Below are positions 40,680 to 51,654 of a stretch of DNA of 64,000 nt, one piece after another; position 1 is the first letter of the stretch, and every line of letters begins with the position of its first letter. The position numbers and the translations under genes were made by a program. The notes beneath the pieces were generated by a model that saw nothing but the letters and a program-made list of their open reading frames with translations, did not search any database and was not told the origin of the DNA. Source of the DNA: an uncultured Planctomycetota bacterium (GTDB lineage: Bacteria > Planctomycetota > Planctomycetia > Isosphaerales > Isosphaeraceae). Where the stretch lies: contig CAVXHV010000009.1 of the NCBI GenBank assembly GCA_963761445.1, positions 242,692 through 306,691 of the forward strand, written 5' to 3'.

Positions 40680-41761
40680 TCACACGTGGCACAAACCGAC
40701 CAGGTCGCGGATGGCGGCGTGGGCAACCGGCGTCGGGCACGACCAGACCAGGAAGAAGAGAGCTTGCCGCGCCCAGCGCCTGCGCGGGCTCGGCCTTCAG
40801 GAACCCGGTTCCCTTCATGACGGCGAGGTAAGCTTGAGTCGATCGGAGCACCAGCGTGTTGGCGGCGCTGCGGATTTGCGAAGCGGGAGTAGCCCCGGGC
40901 TCACCGCGTGCCTGGGCGACGAGCTGGCCCCACAACGTGTTCCAGCTCTCGCAGAGGACTTCAAGCGGCTCGGCAAGCTCGCCCGGCGCCGCGATTCGCG
41001 CGAGCGCAGAAAGTGCGGCATGCGCCTGACCGAGCGCAAGTGCCGAGGTCTCCAGTCCGGCGGTACCGACGGCACCCGGTCGTGACAACACGTCGATCGC
41101 CGGGCCTGCCAGCACGTCGGAGCTACGGATTTCAACGCCCTTCGAGCGCAACTTCGCTCGTGCACGAAGCCTGGAGCGCGGCCAGCGCAAGAGGCGGGCG
41201 CACCACGACCCCCGGGCGGTTCGTGGGCAAGACGACGAGCAGTTTCCGTCCGTCAGCCAGTGTCGCGCCGGTCACAAGCACTTGCGCGCGCCCGGCTGCC
41301 GTGACCCAGGGAATCGCACCATCGATCCGGAACGACCCGGGCGACGTTTCGACTGCGTTGGCGCCCGAGCGGCGCGACGTCGTCAGGTGCGAGATGCCCA
41401 CGGTGGCAAACGCGCGGCCGGCCCCGATCTCGCGCAGCCAGTGAGCGGCGCACGGATGATTCGCCCCATCCTCGGCCAGCCGGCGCACGGCAGCGTCATG
41501 CTGCGACAGGATGAAAACGGCGGTGAGGCTTCCCGTGGCAAGCTGGGCGTAACGTTGAACCAGGAGCGGGCGCGGGCACGAATCGCCGCCGAACTCGGCA
41601 GGCAAAGACCATCGGGTCGTCCCCGATTTCTCGATCAGGTCCCAGAGAGCCGCCGGCCATTCCGCATCGTCGGCGCAACTGTCTTCCTCAGCAAGCGCGG
41701 CGACCAGATCACCGATCCGTGCCGAATGGGGGTCGGGCTCGGTCCACTCCAGCGATCTCAT
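40680..41761 (-). CDS. Acyl-CoA dehydrogenase-family protein; about 2 apparent frameshifts
   Basis: ORF 41132-41797 (..TAVFILSQHDAA..), ORF 40534-41190 middle part, and the terminal frame ..ARQALFFLVWSCPTPV..CHV* ending at 40680. Confidence 0.55.
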
Positions 41762-41804
41762 AGTCGCCTTTCGCTCCGCGAAAGTGCGTTCCCCCAAAAA
41801 CCCA

Positions 41805-42299
41805 TCACCCCCCCAGATCGGCCTCGCAGAGAACTTCGAACCCCATGTTGTGCAGAGTCACACTCGCCTGTTCAACGTTGTCGATGTGCATGGCGACGGC
41901 GGGGCGATTTCGCGGATGCACGATCAAGGGGTAGGCGTAGTGAATATTGATCTCGGCCTGAAGCAGGGCCATGCAGAGGTCGGAGAGCGATTGAGGGCCA
42001 AGCGGCAGCTCGACGACGATCAGCTCGTTCTCGGCAAACGCATGCTTGTTCAAGACCAAAATCTCACGCCCTTGCTCGGAATGGCTCAAAATCAGCCGCA
42101 GGATCGAGCAATCGGCCGAATCGGATATGGTCAGTCCGAGGATCTTCACACGCGTTCCCTGGAACGACCGGTGGACCTCAAGCAACTGGCCGACCCGGTT
42201 CTCCAGGAAGACGGAGTACTGGGTCACTGTCGGCCAGCTTCGAGCTTTGAGTGTTTCAAGCTCGACTTCGCTGCCGCCGTCATCCTCACCGTAGTTCAT
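41805..42299 (-). CDS. Tandem ACT-domain protein
   Basis: Two beta-alpha-beta-beta-alpha-beta-like halves: ..YSVFLENRVGQLLEV.. and ..VVELPLGPQSLSDLCMALL... 164 aa. Confidence 0.55.
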   Translation of the reverse strand: MNYGEDDGGSEVELETLKARSWPTVTQYSVFLENRVGQLLEVHRSFQGTRVKILGLTISDSADCSILRLILSHSEQGREILVLNKHAFAENELIVVELPLGPQSLSDLCMALLQAEINIHYAYPLIVHPRNRPAVAMHIDNVEQASVTLHNMGFEVLCEADLGG

Positions 42300-42405
42300 G
42301 GGGAGCCTCGCGGGGCGCGTTCGATCCCGGCTGAAAACGCGATCTTACGCCAACGTAAGTTTAATGATTCCAAAACACTCCGGTCAATGGTCACTGGGCG
42401 CGAAC

Positions 42406-43044
42406 TCAAGCGGTGTGCAAGCGCTCGGGAAAAAGTAGCTGCCCGGCCGACGTATCGGCCAGCGCGCTGAACCCCAGCTCGCGGGCCAGTTGTTCGTAGT
42501 TCTTGATGAACTTCTCGGCTCGGGGCTTCAGTTTCCGCTGATGCTTCGGCCGGGCCTGATGATCCGGCACGAAGACCTCCGAGACCAGGGCGATGTCGAG
42601 CAGGGTGGATTGAAGCCAGTCGACCGGCGTGGTGTAGCCCGAAACCCATCGGGCACCGGTTGCCTGGGAGACCTTTTCATGGGTCTGGCGGCGGGCCGAA
42701 GAAGCGATCATCTCGCAGCAGCCGAAATGAACAAACGCGATCGCGCCGGCTTTCGCTTTGGCAAGGGCCTCGAGCAACCCTTCCGGAGCAACGGTCGACC
42801 GGCCGTCGGAGGGAGAGAGCCGTTGCCGCTTGCCGTGGCAGGCGAAATAGAGGAAGGCTCCCGCATTTCGCGAGATTTTCGACACGTAGTACGCAATGTC
42901 GTCGGCGCCCCGGATCGTGCGGTGACTGAGATCGATCTCGCGATGACTGGTCGCCAGCGCGTGGAAATACGGCAGAATCAGTGGAACCTCGTGGTTGCTC
43001 CACCACGTGCCTTCCAGTATGCAAACAGGCGCTCGCTTGGACAT
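42406..43044 (-). CDS. Hypothetical protein with a caspase/CHAT-like His-Cys arrangement
   Basis: ..AFLYFACHGKR.. and ..AIAFVHFGCCEM.. are each preceded by a hydrophobic strand, as in caspase-fold proteases. Confidence 0.5.
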   Translation of the reverse strand: MSKRAPVCILEGTWWSNHEVPLILPYFHALATSHREIDLSHRTIRGADDIAYYVSKISRNAGAFLYFACHGKRQRLSPSDGRSTVAPEGLLEALAKAKAGAIAFVHFGCCEMIASSARRQTHEKVSQATGARWVSGYTTPVDWLQSTLLDIALVSEVFVPDHQARPKHQRKLKPRAEKFIKNYEQLARELGFSALADTSAGQLLFPERLHTA

Positions 43045-43851
43045 GGCTGGCCACTAGCTGCGTTAAGGGTTTGACCGCTTGTTCGACGACCCTTTCGTAT
43101 ACCGAGTCGTGTGCACGCCACGGATCATCGCACCCTCCTCCGAGATGCTCGAACTCTACTTTCGCTCCCAGATCGACGAGCACCCGTCCACGCGTTCGGG
43201 GCAACATCTATACGATCGTATACATAATACGGAGGAGTTCTAACCGCGCCAACCGGAATGTCAGGACCGCAGCACCGCGCGTTCGTCGGTTGCTACCACT
43301 CGCGAATGAACCACCGCGGGGACGCTGAATTGTAACCCACCAATAGAGGAAGGATTCCGCTTGTCGAATTTCGGGCTGGTCCAATCGTTCGACTTTTTGG
43401 GGTAAGACTCTCGGCAGTCGCTGCCGCGACCAAACTAACCCGACGCACCAGCGAGGGTTCAGGCGATCTACCTCCGGCATTCGCTTTCCGGTCGTCGCTG
43501 GCGCGTCGGGCTGGTGTATCTCATCCCGCCGGCAGAACGATGCCGAAGCTCTCGCCCACAGGTCCCGACAAATTGTCTTTCCCCAAAGTGCGATGTAGAC
43601 TCTATCTTGTGAACTTCGGTTTCGCTCTGGCGATTCGGCCGATGCCCGCCAGTCTTGCGGCCGAAAATAAAATGAGCGGCGGGTTCGAATAAGCACGCGT
43701 ACGGCGGCGTCATCCAATCTGAGAAGATGAGGGAGCGATGCGCCGTGTAGGAATTGAATCACCTCCAAAAGTTTTGGCGGAGATCGGGCCTGTGAGGGTG
43801 CGGAAGGATCGGCCCTTCGGCGGCGGACCCGTCCAGAAAGGCACAAGCGCA

Positions 43852-45232
43852 ATGCTAGGGCGACACCTTTGTCTGGTCCGTGCCGGGTTGGCTGCGGGCC
43901 TGCTGAGCAGCATCATCTTGATGGCGGGTGGGGCGGCGAGGGGGCAAGCTCCCGGTGCAAAAGATTCCGAGCCGTCTTCGGCCCCGGCGGGGCTGGCGAC
44001 CGAGACAGTCGACCTTCTGGGCGGCCGCAATGCGGGCGATCTGGACGTGGTCGCGCGTGGCCACGGGCAAGACCGCGTAAAGCTTTCGATCCACAACCGA
44101 TCGAATCATCGATTGAATGTGGTCATTCCGCCGGGCCTGGTGGCCTCAAGTGCGGTTGGCCAGCCGGGCGGTGGCGGCGGCGCGGGCGGCCGACTCCAGA
44201 GCATCGGACTGGGCTCCGTCTCCAATCGTGAAGGGGCCTTCGGCGAATTTCGGACGGCTTCCTCTTCCGGCGGCTTGCTGTCAGTCGGTACCGCCAACGA
44301 GGCCATCTCGAACCAGGTGGCCGTGCCGGTCGGCGAAACCGTCGACTTGACCATTCCGGGCGTGTGCCTGAATTACGGTCTTCCCAGCCCGACTCCCCGC
44401 AACACCTTCCGGCTCGTCGACGTCAGCGAATACACGACGAATGCCCGCGTTCGCAAGGCGCTTCGCAGCCTGGCGACTTATGGAACCAGCCACGGCGTTG
44501 CTCAGGCCGTCATGTGGCACGTGTGCAATGACCTGCCGTTCGAGCTGATGGCCGAGCAGACCGGAAAAGTCATGAACTTCCATGAGATCGCGCCTGGCGG
44601 CGCGGTTCGTCGACGCGCTCGACGCGCCGAGTGCAAGCGAGCTGATTGACCCAGCGGCGCTCTCCCACTCGCGCATCTACGTCCAGGTGCGGGGACAGGG
44701 CCCACTCGCCGCCGATGCCAAACGGCTCGCCGGCCAGCTCGAGGGGCTGTACATCCTGGGCCTGCCGATTCAAGTCGCCGAATCACAGGAGCTGACCACC
44801 GCGGCTGCTCCCGCCCTGTTCCTGAACGTGATGCTGACAGACGCGAAGGTCGGCGAAACGCGCGGCGTCATCGTGGCCAGCTCCTGCACGCAGGGGCAGG
44901 CCTGGGTGCCGCTCGGCAAGCTCGCGTTCCGCGACAATTCCTCGGTTTCCGTGCTCGACGGCACCACCCTCAGCAAGGTCGTTGACCGCACGGTCGCCTC
45001 GAACTTCGTGACAGTCAAGCCTGCCAGGCGCACCCTGGGCAGCACGACACTCAAGGTCGAGAACCGGCTACCGTTCACGATTTCCAACCTCGTTGTCAAA
45101 GCCGGCACCTCTGCGGGATCGCCGTCGGTGCCGTTTGCGGGCGTCGGAGTCGGTCCGGCCCGGTCGGCGCTCTTGCCAATCCAGGCGGCCACCGCCTCGC
45201 TCGTAGAGCACGTCGACCTGAACGGACTTTGA
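43852..45232 (+). CDS. Secreted hypothetical protein; frameshift near 44585
   Basis: Signal-like MLGRHLCLVRAGLAAGLLSSIILMAGG. ORFs 43738-44649 and 44582-45232 join as ..KVMNFHEIA|LAARFVDAL... Confidence 0.5.
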
Positions 45233-45243
45233 AATTAGGACGA

Positions 45244-45269
45244 GGGGGCCTCGCTCGCGTGAGGCCCCC
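45244..45269 (+). terminator. Rho-independent-terminator-like hairpin
   Basis: gggggcctc-gctcgcgt-gaggccccc (9-bp GC stem) lies 12 nt after the stop at 45232 and is followed by a T-containing tract. Confidence 0.6.
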
Positions 45270-45399
45270 CTTCCATCCTTTCATCGTGTCGCACTTCGCG
45301 CCGCGAATGGTCATTCCATCTCCTGCCAGAATAGCGGCTTGCTATAATCGGGCGCAGACCGATAGGATGGTCTCTGCTTGAACGATCGCAGTCGCGGGA

Positions 45400-45687
45400 A
45401 TGACCTCCATGCTGCGGGTTCGTCGCCGAGTGCGCTTCTCGGGCCGGGTCCAAGGTGTCGGGTTTCGGTTCACGTGCCACTCGCTGGCGCGCGCGTACGA
45501 GGTTGCTGGCTATGTGCGAAACTTGCCAGACGGGGATGTGGAGCTGGTGGCGGAGGGCGATCCGGTCGAGCTCGACAATTTCGTCGGGGCTATCAAGCTC
45601 GAAATGAACCATTACATTCGCGATGTGGACATCTGTACTGTATCTGACGACTCTGAGCCGTTCTCTGGATTCTCGATTCGCCATTGA
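45400..45687 (+). CDS. acyP: Acylphosphatase
   Basis: VRFSGRVQGVGFRF.. and ..GYVRNLPDGDVELVAEG signatures. 95 aa. Confidence 0.85.
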   Translation: MTSMLRVRRRVRFSGRVQGVGFRFTCHSLARAYEVAGYVRNLPDGDVELVAEGDPVELDNFVGAIKLEMNHYIRDVDICTVSDDSEPFSGFSIRH

Positions 45688-45793
45688 TCAGGCACATCGA
45701 TCGAACCGGGCTGCGTATAACTGTTAAGCTGGCACAGCGCCGGCCACGGGTGAATCTGCGCACGACTTCCCCATTCGGACTAGACCAGGAATC

Positions 45794-46612
45794 ATGAAAT
45801 CAATCACCATTGCTCTTGCGACAGCCAAAGAGGCGATTCGGCAGCCCGCGTTCTTCGTGATGGCGTTCTTTGCCGGTGCACTTCTCCTCGTGACCATTTT
45901 CGTGTCCTACTTCACCTTTGGTGAAGACATCAAGATGTACAAGGACACAGGTCTCACGACGATCTCGTTTTTCTGCATGCTGCTGGCTCTTTTGACGGCG
46001 AGCTCGACCGTGGCGGATGAGATCGAGGGAAAGACCGCGATCACTTTGCTTTCGAAGCCGATCACAAGGCGGCAGTTCATCGTGGGCAAGTTCCTGGGAA
46101 TCGAGCTCGGAGTGCTGGCGCTCTATCTCGTGCTGGGGGCGTTGTTTGCGGCCGGCGTCTGGTACAAGTTCGCCTACGATGCCCGAGAAGGCGGGTCGGT
46201 AGCCGACCCGGCAAAGCAATGGGAGCAGGTGATGCAAGTCCTGCCCGGGCTGGCGCTGGGGTTTTTTGAGGTCACGGTCCTGACGGCGATCAGCGTGGCG
46301 ATTTCGACCCGCTTGCCGATGCTGGCCAATCTCGTCGTGTGCATTCTGGTGTTCTTCCTGGGGCATTTGAGCCCGGTGCTGGTAGAGGTTGCCGACCAGC
46401 GGCATGTGAACCCGCTCGTGAATTTCATGGCGAAGTTATTCGCGTGGGCGCTGCCCGCGCTCGAGTTCTTCAATGCCGGCCCATCGATTTCAACCGGTGC
46501 GGCCATTCCCTGGTTCGGCTATGTATTGCCTGCATTCCTCTACTGCGTGTTGTACAGTGGAGCAGCGGTGTTGTTGGCCTTTATCTTCTTCGAGGACCGT
46601 GACCTGGCCTGA
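45794..46612 (+). CDS. ABC-2-type transporter permease
   Basis: Six predicted TM segments. ..VADEIEGKTAITLLSKPITRRQFIVGKFLG.. is typical of ABC-2/NosY-like permeases. Confidence 0.6.
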   Translation: MKSITIALATAKEAIRQPAFFVMAFFAGALLLVTIFVSYFTFGEDIKMYKDTGLTTISFFCMLLALLTASSTVADEIEGKTAITLLSKPITRRQFIVGKFLGIELGVLALYLVLGALFAAGVWYKFAYDAREGGSVADPAKQWEQVMQVLPGLALGFFEVTVLTAISVAISTRLPMLANLVVCILVFFLGHLSPVLVEVADQRHVNPLVNFMAKLFAWALPALEFFNAGPSISTGAAIPWFGYVLPAFLYCVLYSGAAVLLAFIFFEDRDLA

Positions 46613-46621
46613 CGAAGGGGA

Positions 46622-48709
46622 TTGCGCATGCAAGCCGAGGGATATCGCCGGGCACGAAAACTCTTGACATCCCGCGGTGACTACATCGCCGCGCGGGTGC
46701 TGGGGTTCGTGCAATCGCTGTTGCTGGTCGTGCTGCTGGGTATCATCGCGATTTTCGTGTCGGTGCTCTCCTCGCGGGGCGAGGCGCGTTTTCCGTTGCG
46801 GGCAGCCGGCCGGCTGCCCGCGTGGGTCGCCAGCGCCGCCAGCGGCGAGGATGCCCGGCAGCCCGTGTTTCGCGACACGGGGGTCTTTCCGCTGGCAGCC
46901 AGGGGGCTGCTGTCCGACAACCCTGTCGAGCGGTGGCCGGCGCAGGCGCTGTTGGGGCTGACTCGCGTGCTCCCATCGTTGCGCAAAAACGTAGGCGCGC
47001 TGGCGACGCTCCTGGGGCTGGGGCTGGCCTGCATCATCCTGATCGCGGTCATCGCGATCTGGCGCCGCAGAGTGACCGCCCGGGCTGCCACCGAAGTCGC
47101 GGCCGCGCTGCGGCGACAGATCCATCGGCAGATGTACCGCCTGGGCCAGTCGTCGCTGCCGACAGAGGGAGTTGGCCCGGTCATCAATTTGTGGACGCGG
47201 GAGGTCAACGACGTTCGCGATGGTGTGATGGCCGACCTGGACGCCACTCCCAGGCTCCACGTTCTGGCCGGGGGCCTTTTGATCATCGCGCTTCTGGTTT
47301 CGCCGATCTTGACCGTCTTCCTGGCATCGCTGGGAATTCTGGTCTGGCTGATCGCGCGGGTGCTCGACCGCGACGCCCGTCAAGCAAGCGAAGTAGCGCT
47401 CCGCGACGCTTCGGTGCAGCTTTGCCTGCTCCATGAAGACCTGGGCCTCTTGCGCACCGTGCGCGTCTACGGCGTCGGCGAATACGACCGGCAGCGATTC
47501 GACGAGCATCTCGAGCGGTATCAGCAGGCCGACACCAGGCGGATCATCACCAGTCTGCCGCTCAACCCGAGCACGGCCCTGCTTTACGGCGCGGGAGTGG
47601 CGATCGCGCTCGGGCTCCTGGGCTACAACGTAATCGTCAACGAGGTCATCACCTTCGCCACCATGCTGATCCTGCTGGTTTCGCTGGCGGGGCTGGCATA
47701 CCCGGTCGCCGAGTGGCTGCGATTGCAAAAGACCCTTCGCCATGCCGGCCGCTCGGCCCGCGGCATCTTCGAGTTTCTGGAGCGGCGGCCCGAGCTTCAT
47801 CAGAACGTGGGCGCGCACTTCTTGAACGCTCTCAAGGAGCAGATCACGATCGAGAACGTCGAGCTCGAGAGCCGGTCGGGCCGATCGCTGCTTGACGGCG
47901 TGTCGGTGGAAATTCCGGCGGGCTCGCGCACCGCCGTGATGGGCGACAACGACGACTCCAAGCTGGCACTCGCCTGTTTGATCCCGCGCTTGATCGACCC
48001 GCGGTCGGGCCGCATCTTGATCGACGGCCACGACCTGCGCGACGTCACTCTCGACTCGGTTCGCGCCCAGGTCGGCACCGTGCTCCAGGCCGATCTGGTG
48101 TTCACCGATTCGGTCCTGGTGAATATCGGCCTGGGCGACCCCATGAACACGCTGCCCCGGATCATCGAGGCGGCCAAGGTGACCCACGCCCACCATTTCA
48201 TTCAAGACCTGCCGCATGGCTACGACACCATGATCGGCCCGCTCGGGCACTACTTGAAGCCCGACGAGCAGTTTCGCGTCGCGCTGGCCCGAGCCTATCT
48301 CCACGACCCCTCGATCCTGATCATCGAAGAGCCCAAGGCGCCGCTCGATGAACACACGCGGCACTTCATCGACGACACGCTCTCGCGGCTGTCGATCGGT
48401 CGCACGCTCATCATCATTCCCCACCGGTTTTCGACCGTCCAGTCCTGCGACCACGTGATCGTGCTGGCCAACGGCCGGGTCGAGGACGCGGGGTCGCCGG
48501 AAAAGCTCATGGCCGAAAACAAGATGTTCCGCCACCTGGTCTATTCCGAGTTCAACGAGTTTGCCAGCGGCGAGATCGAGGCAGGGCTCTTGCACCAGAT
48601 CGAGCCGGCGCGAAGGGCTGAGCCGCCGGCCGAATATCATTGTCGGCCTTCGCTCCGCGAAGGCATGGTCCCTCACGTCTTTAGCAGAAGTCGTCGACCG
48701 TCGGCGTGA
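46622..48709 (+). CDS. ABC transporter, fused permease/ATPase (MsbA-like)
   Basis: TM domain followed by an NBD (..PAGSRTAVMGDNDDSKL.., ..ILIIEEP.., ..IIIPHRFST..) with degenerate Walker A and signature motifs. The 3' end reads through a REP family 2 copy. Confidence 0.75.
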   Translation: MRMQAEGYRRARKLLTSRGDYIAARVLGFVQSLLLVVLLGIIAIFVSVLSSRGEARFPLRAAGRLPAWVASAASGEDARQPVFRDTGVFPLAARGLLSDNPVERWPAQALLGLTRVLPSLRKNVGALATLLGLGLACIILIAVIAIWRRRVTARAATEVAAALRRQIHRQMYRLGQSSLPTEGVGPVINLWTREVNDVRDGVMADLDATPRLHVLAGGLLIIALLVSPILTVFLASLGILVWLIARVLDRDARQASEVALRDASVQLCLLHEDLGLLRTVRVYGVGEYDRQRFDEHLERYQQADTRRIITSLPLNPSTALLYGAGVAIALGLLGYNVIVNEVITFATMLILLVSLAGLAYPVAEWLRLQKTLRHAGRSARGIFEFLERRPELHQNVGAHFLNALKEQITIENVELESRSGRSLLDGVSVEIPAGSRTAVMGDNDDSKLALACLIPRLIDPRSGRILIDGHDLRDVTLDSVRAQVGTVLQADLVFTDSVLVNIGLGDPMNTLPRIIEAAKVTHAHHFIQDLPHGYDTMIGPLGHYLKPDEQFRVALARAYLHDPSILIIEEPKAPLDEHTRHFIDDTLSRLSIGRTLIIIPHRFSTVQSCDHVIVLANGRVEDAGSPEKLMAENKMFRHLVYSEFNEFASGEIEAGLLHQIEPARRAEPPAEYHCRPSLREGMVPHVFSRSRRPSA

Positions 48710-49415
48710 TGACCAGCTCCGGCACGTGCGCCCGCGGATGCAGCTCGACCAGGAAGCGCACCGCGGCGGCAATGTCTTCGGGCTGCAAGATGACCGCTCG
48801 CCGCTCGCTTGGCACCGGAACGGGCCGGGCGTCGAGGATCGGCGTTTCCACCTCGCCCGGATAAATCACCGACGAGCGCACTCCACGCGTTCCCTCTTCC
48901 CTGCCCAGACAGATTCCCAGCGCGGCCTGGCCGAACTTCGAAGCCGAATACCCCACGCCTCCCAGCGTGCTCGCGCGCATGCCGGAAATCGAACAGATCT
49001 GGATCACCAGGCCGTTCCGCTTTTCGCGCATGAGTGGAAGCACATAATGGAGAACATTGAACGACCCGGTGAGGTTGGTCGCGATCATGCGGTCCCAGTC
49101 CGCGGGATCGAGTGACTCGAGACTACGGTTGCGGACGTTCGTGCCCGCGTTGCAAACCAGGACGTCGATGGTTCCCATGGCGGCCGTGATTTCGGCGACG
49201 GCCGTCTTCACGGACGAGCGGTCGGCGATGTCGCAGGTGGCGACCAGCGCGCGATCGCCCGCCTTTTTGAGGCCGGCCCGCGCGTGTTCGAGCTTCTGGC
49301 GATCCCGGCCCACCAGCGCGACGCGCAAGCCCAGGCCGGCGAGCGCTTCCGCGATGCCCCGGCCGATTCCACTTCCAGCGCCCGTTACCAGAGCGGTTTG
49401 CAAGATTGCGGCCAA
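48681..49415 (-). CDS. SDR-family oxidoreductase
   Basis: TGAGSGIGRG cofactor motif, NAG, and the YSASK catalytic motif. Confidence 0.9.
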   Translation of the reverse strand: MAAILQTALVTGAGSGIGRGIAEALAGLGLRVALVGRDRQKLEHARAGLKKAGDRALVATCDIADRSSVKTAVAEITAAMGTIDVLVCNAGTNVRNRSLESLDPADWDRMIATNLTGSFNVLHYVLPLMREKRNGLVIQICSISGMRASTLGGVGYSASKFGQAALGICLGREEGTRGVRSSVIYPGEVETPILDARPVPVPSERRAVILQPEDIAAAVRFLVELHPRAHVPELVITPTVDDFC

Positions 49416-49439
49416 GCCGATCTCCTTTCAACAACAGAA

Positions 49440-49477
49440 CAGCCGCGGCGATCCCGGGGTCGGGATCGCCGCGGCTG
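49440..49477 (-). terminator. Perfect 16-bp-stem hairpin downstream of the protease gene
   Basis: cagccgcggcgatccc-ggggtc-gggatcgccgcggctg lies between the protease stop (49528) and the SDR start (49415). Confidence 0.55.
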
Positions 49478-49527
49478 TCAAATGAACGGACAGGACGAAC
49501 CCATCCTTCTATCTCACCGGAAACCGC

Positions 49528-50984
49528 TCACGCGTTCCAGATCTGAACCTGGGCTCCCGAGAAGATCGAGGAATCCGTGGAGGTTGCCTGGTATGCGGTC
49601 ATCGCCTGGAGGATCGCCTCGAACTCGGCTTCATCGAGCGCGGTCGATGAATTTGAGGTCGACGAGTTGACCGGCTGCCCGTTCACGTAGACCAGAACAC
49701 CGGCCGCAGTCTGGGTGGTCGTGGTCACTGGAGTCGAAACCACGGGAGGAGCCGGCGGAGGAGGAGGCGGGGGCGGCGGAGACGGGATCAGGCTCGCGCT
49801 CTGCATGACGTTGAGCTCGCCCAGCGTGATTCCCGTCGCGGGGTCGCTGATCGGCGTCGCACCTTGCTGGAGCCACGACTTGATCTGTGCAACCGTGGGC
49901 AGGCTGCCGAACCGCGAGTGGTAGATCTCCTGGAGCAGCGTCACGCTGCCGGTGACCAGGGACGCGGCGAAGCTGGTTCCGTCACCCGTGACCTCGCCGG
50001 AATCGCCGGACGGAGCCGTCAGACCGTCGCCCGGGGCGGCGATCGTGGTGGCAGAGGCTCCTCCGAGCGTCGTGCCCAATCGCTGGGCGTCGCTCAAGAG
50101 ATTGTCCGAGAGGTCCGTCGCCGTCACGCTGATCGTTCCGGCGACGATCGCCGCGAATCCTTCACCCTGTGATCCGGAAAAGCTATTGCCGGTGGCGACG
50201 ATCACGGGGATGTTGAGCGCGGTGAGCTGCCCGATCAACTGAGTGACCCGCTCGCCGTCGCCGTTGTCGTTGGCAAAAAGGTTCTGCGTGTAGTTTCCGC
50301 CGTCGGAGAGCGACATGTTGACTGCGGTGATATTGTAGGCGCTGTGGTTGGTGATCACCCACTGCAGTGCATTGGCGACACTGGTCAGGCTGGCGGTGTT
50401 GGTGTCGTCGGTGACGCGCAACGCGACGATATCGACGCCTGGCGCCACGCCCAGGTCACTGGGGTCATCCGAGCCGATCAAGCCGGCCACTGACGTGCCG
50501 TGCTGGGAGGCGGTGGCCATCGGGTCGTCGGTGTTGTCGGCGAAGTCGTAGCCGGCGATGACCTTGTAACCGGGCCCGAAGCCGCCGCCTAAGGCCGGAT
50601 TGTCATAGTCGACGCCGGTGTCGATGACGGCGACCGTCATTCCGGTTCCGTCGACATTGTAGGCCGATCGCGTGGCGGCCGCCTGGATGATCGGGTCGTA
50701 GGGAGTCGGTGCGCCGGTTTCGATCGTGCCAACGGGGTGCTCGACGTCCGCTGTTGATGCTGCGGGCGCAGGCGCCGACTCTGCGCGGCCCGTTCGGCCT
50801 GTCGCGCCTTGTTGTGATGGTGGTGGGTGACGACGGCATGACGGTGCTCCGCCGCCGCCCTCACGCCATGTTCGAGGAGTTTGAGTGCGCCGCCGGTCGA
50901 GAGCAGACAGCGTTCATCCAGCAGCTCGAGCTGTGGCCGACGGCGCAGTCGGCGTCGCTGGTGTTTTTTCTCGGTCCATCCCAT
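49528..50984 (-). CDS. Secreted subtilisin-like (S8) serine protease; at least 1 frameshift near 50760
   Basis: AVIDTGVDYDN (Asp), HGTSVAGLIG (His), GTSFAASLVTG (Ser). The N-terminal ..RRPQLELLDERCLLS leader lies in ORF 50637-51023. Confidence 0.8.
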
Positions 50985-51654
50985 GAGTCGAGTCTCCCCA
51001 GACGGCCGCCACGCCATTGGCACAGGCCGCCTCGCGAATCAGTTGTGATCGCTCTCCTTCCCTGGCGCGGCAGGACCTGCGGCCGGCTCGGATCCGGCCC
51101 GTGCGATCCCGACGCGGGGAGCCGCCACGATCAATCGATCGAGGCGTCTCCTGCAGAGCGCAAGCAATGGTTGTTTGAGACGGACCACCTGAAGGCTCAG
51201 GGCCGGTCGAGAAAGTCGTGAGACTCTTCTGCGCGATCGATCCCTGACCTGCGGGCGGATTGCCCGAGTGCGGAGAACCGACGGCCCTTGGGAGCCACAA
51301 TCGGGGATCTGGGGAACCTCCCCTACTCTGCTCCGTGGGGACGGCGGTTCGGATCTGACCTCCTGTGTCAGATCAGGCGGAGCCATTCCACCCGATCCAT
51401 GGGGCTTTGAGCCAGCTTGGCCGAGCCCTCACCGTCGCGAATCCAATCGCGACGGTCTCTTTGAACGAACGCCGGTCGAGCCGCTACTGGCACCGGTGCC
51501 GATCGCGCTTGAGAACGACACTTTCCCACTCCGGCTTGTGCCCCATCATGAGACCACCTAGAGTAACAACACGTCGCTTCAAGCCTGGTCGAGCGCATGT
51601 CTCGATCAGTGCCTCTTGTATCGGACCGGCCCGCGGGAGTTATTCTTTAGAATC

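Noticed and set aside
43670-43700. tRNA/tmRNA-like GGTTCGAAT T-loop motif (gcggcgggttcgaataagc)
   Set aside because: The flanking bases cannot form a T-stem or an acceptor stem, and no cloverleaf or tmRNA tag region is evident.
46490-48772. 760-aa ORF on the minus strand
   Set aside because: It is antisense to the well-supported ABC transporter (46622-48709). It is low-complexity and Arg/Gln/Asp/Gly-rich with no recognisable domain.
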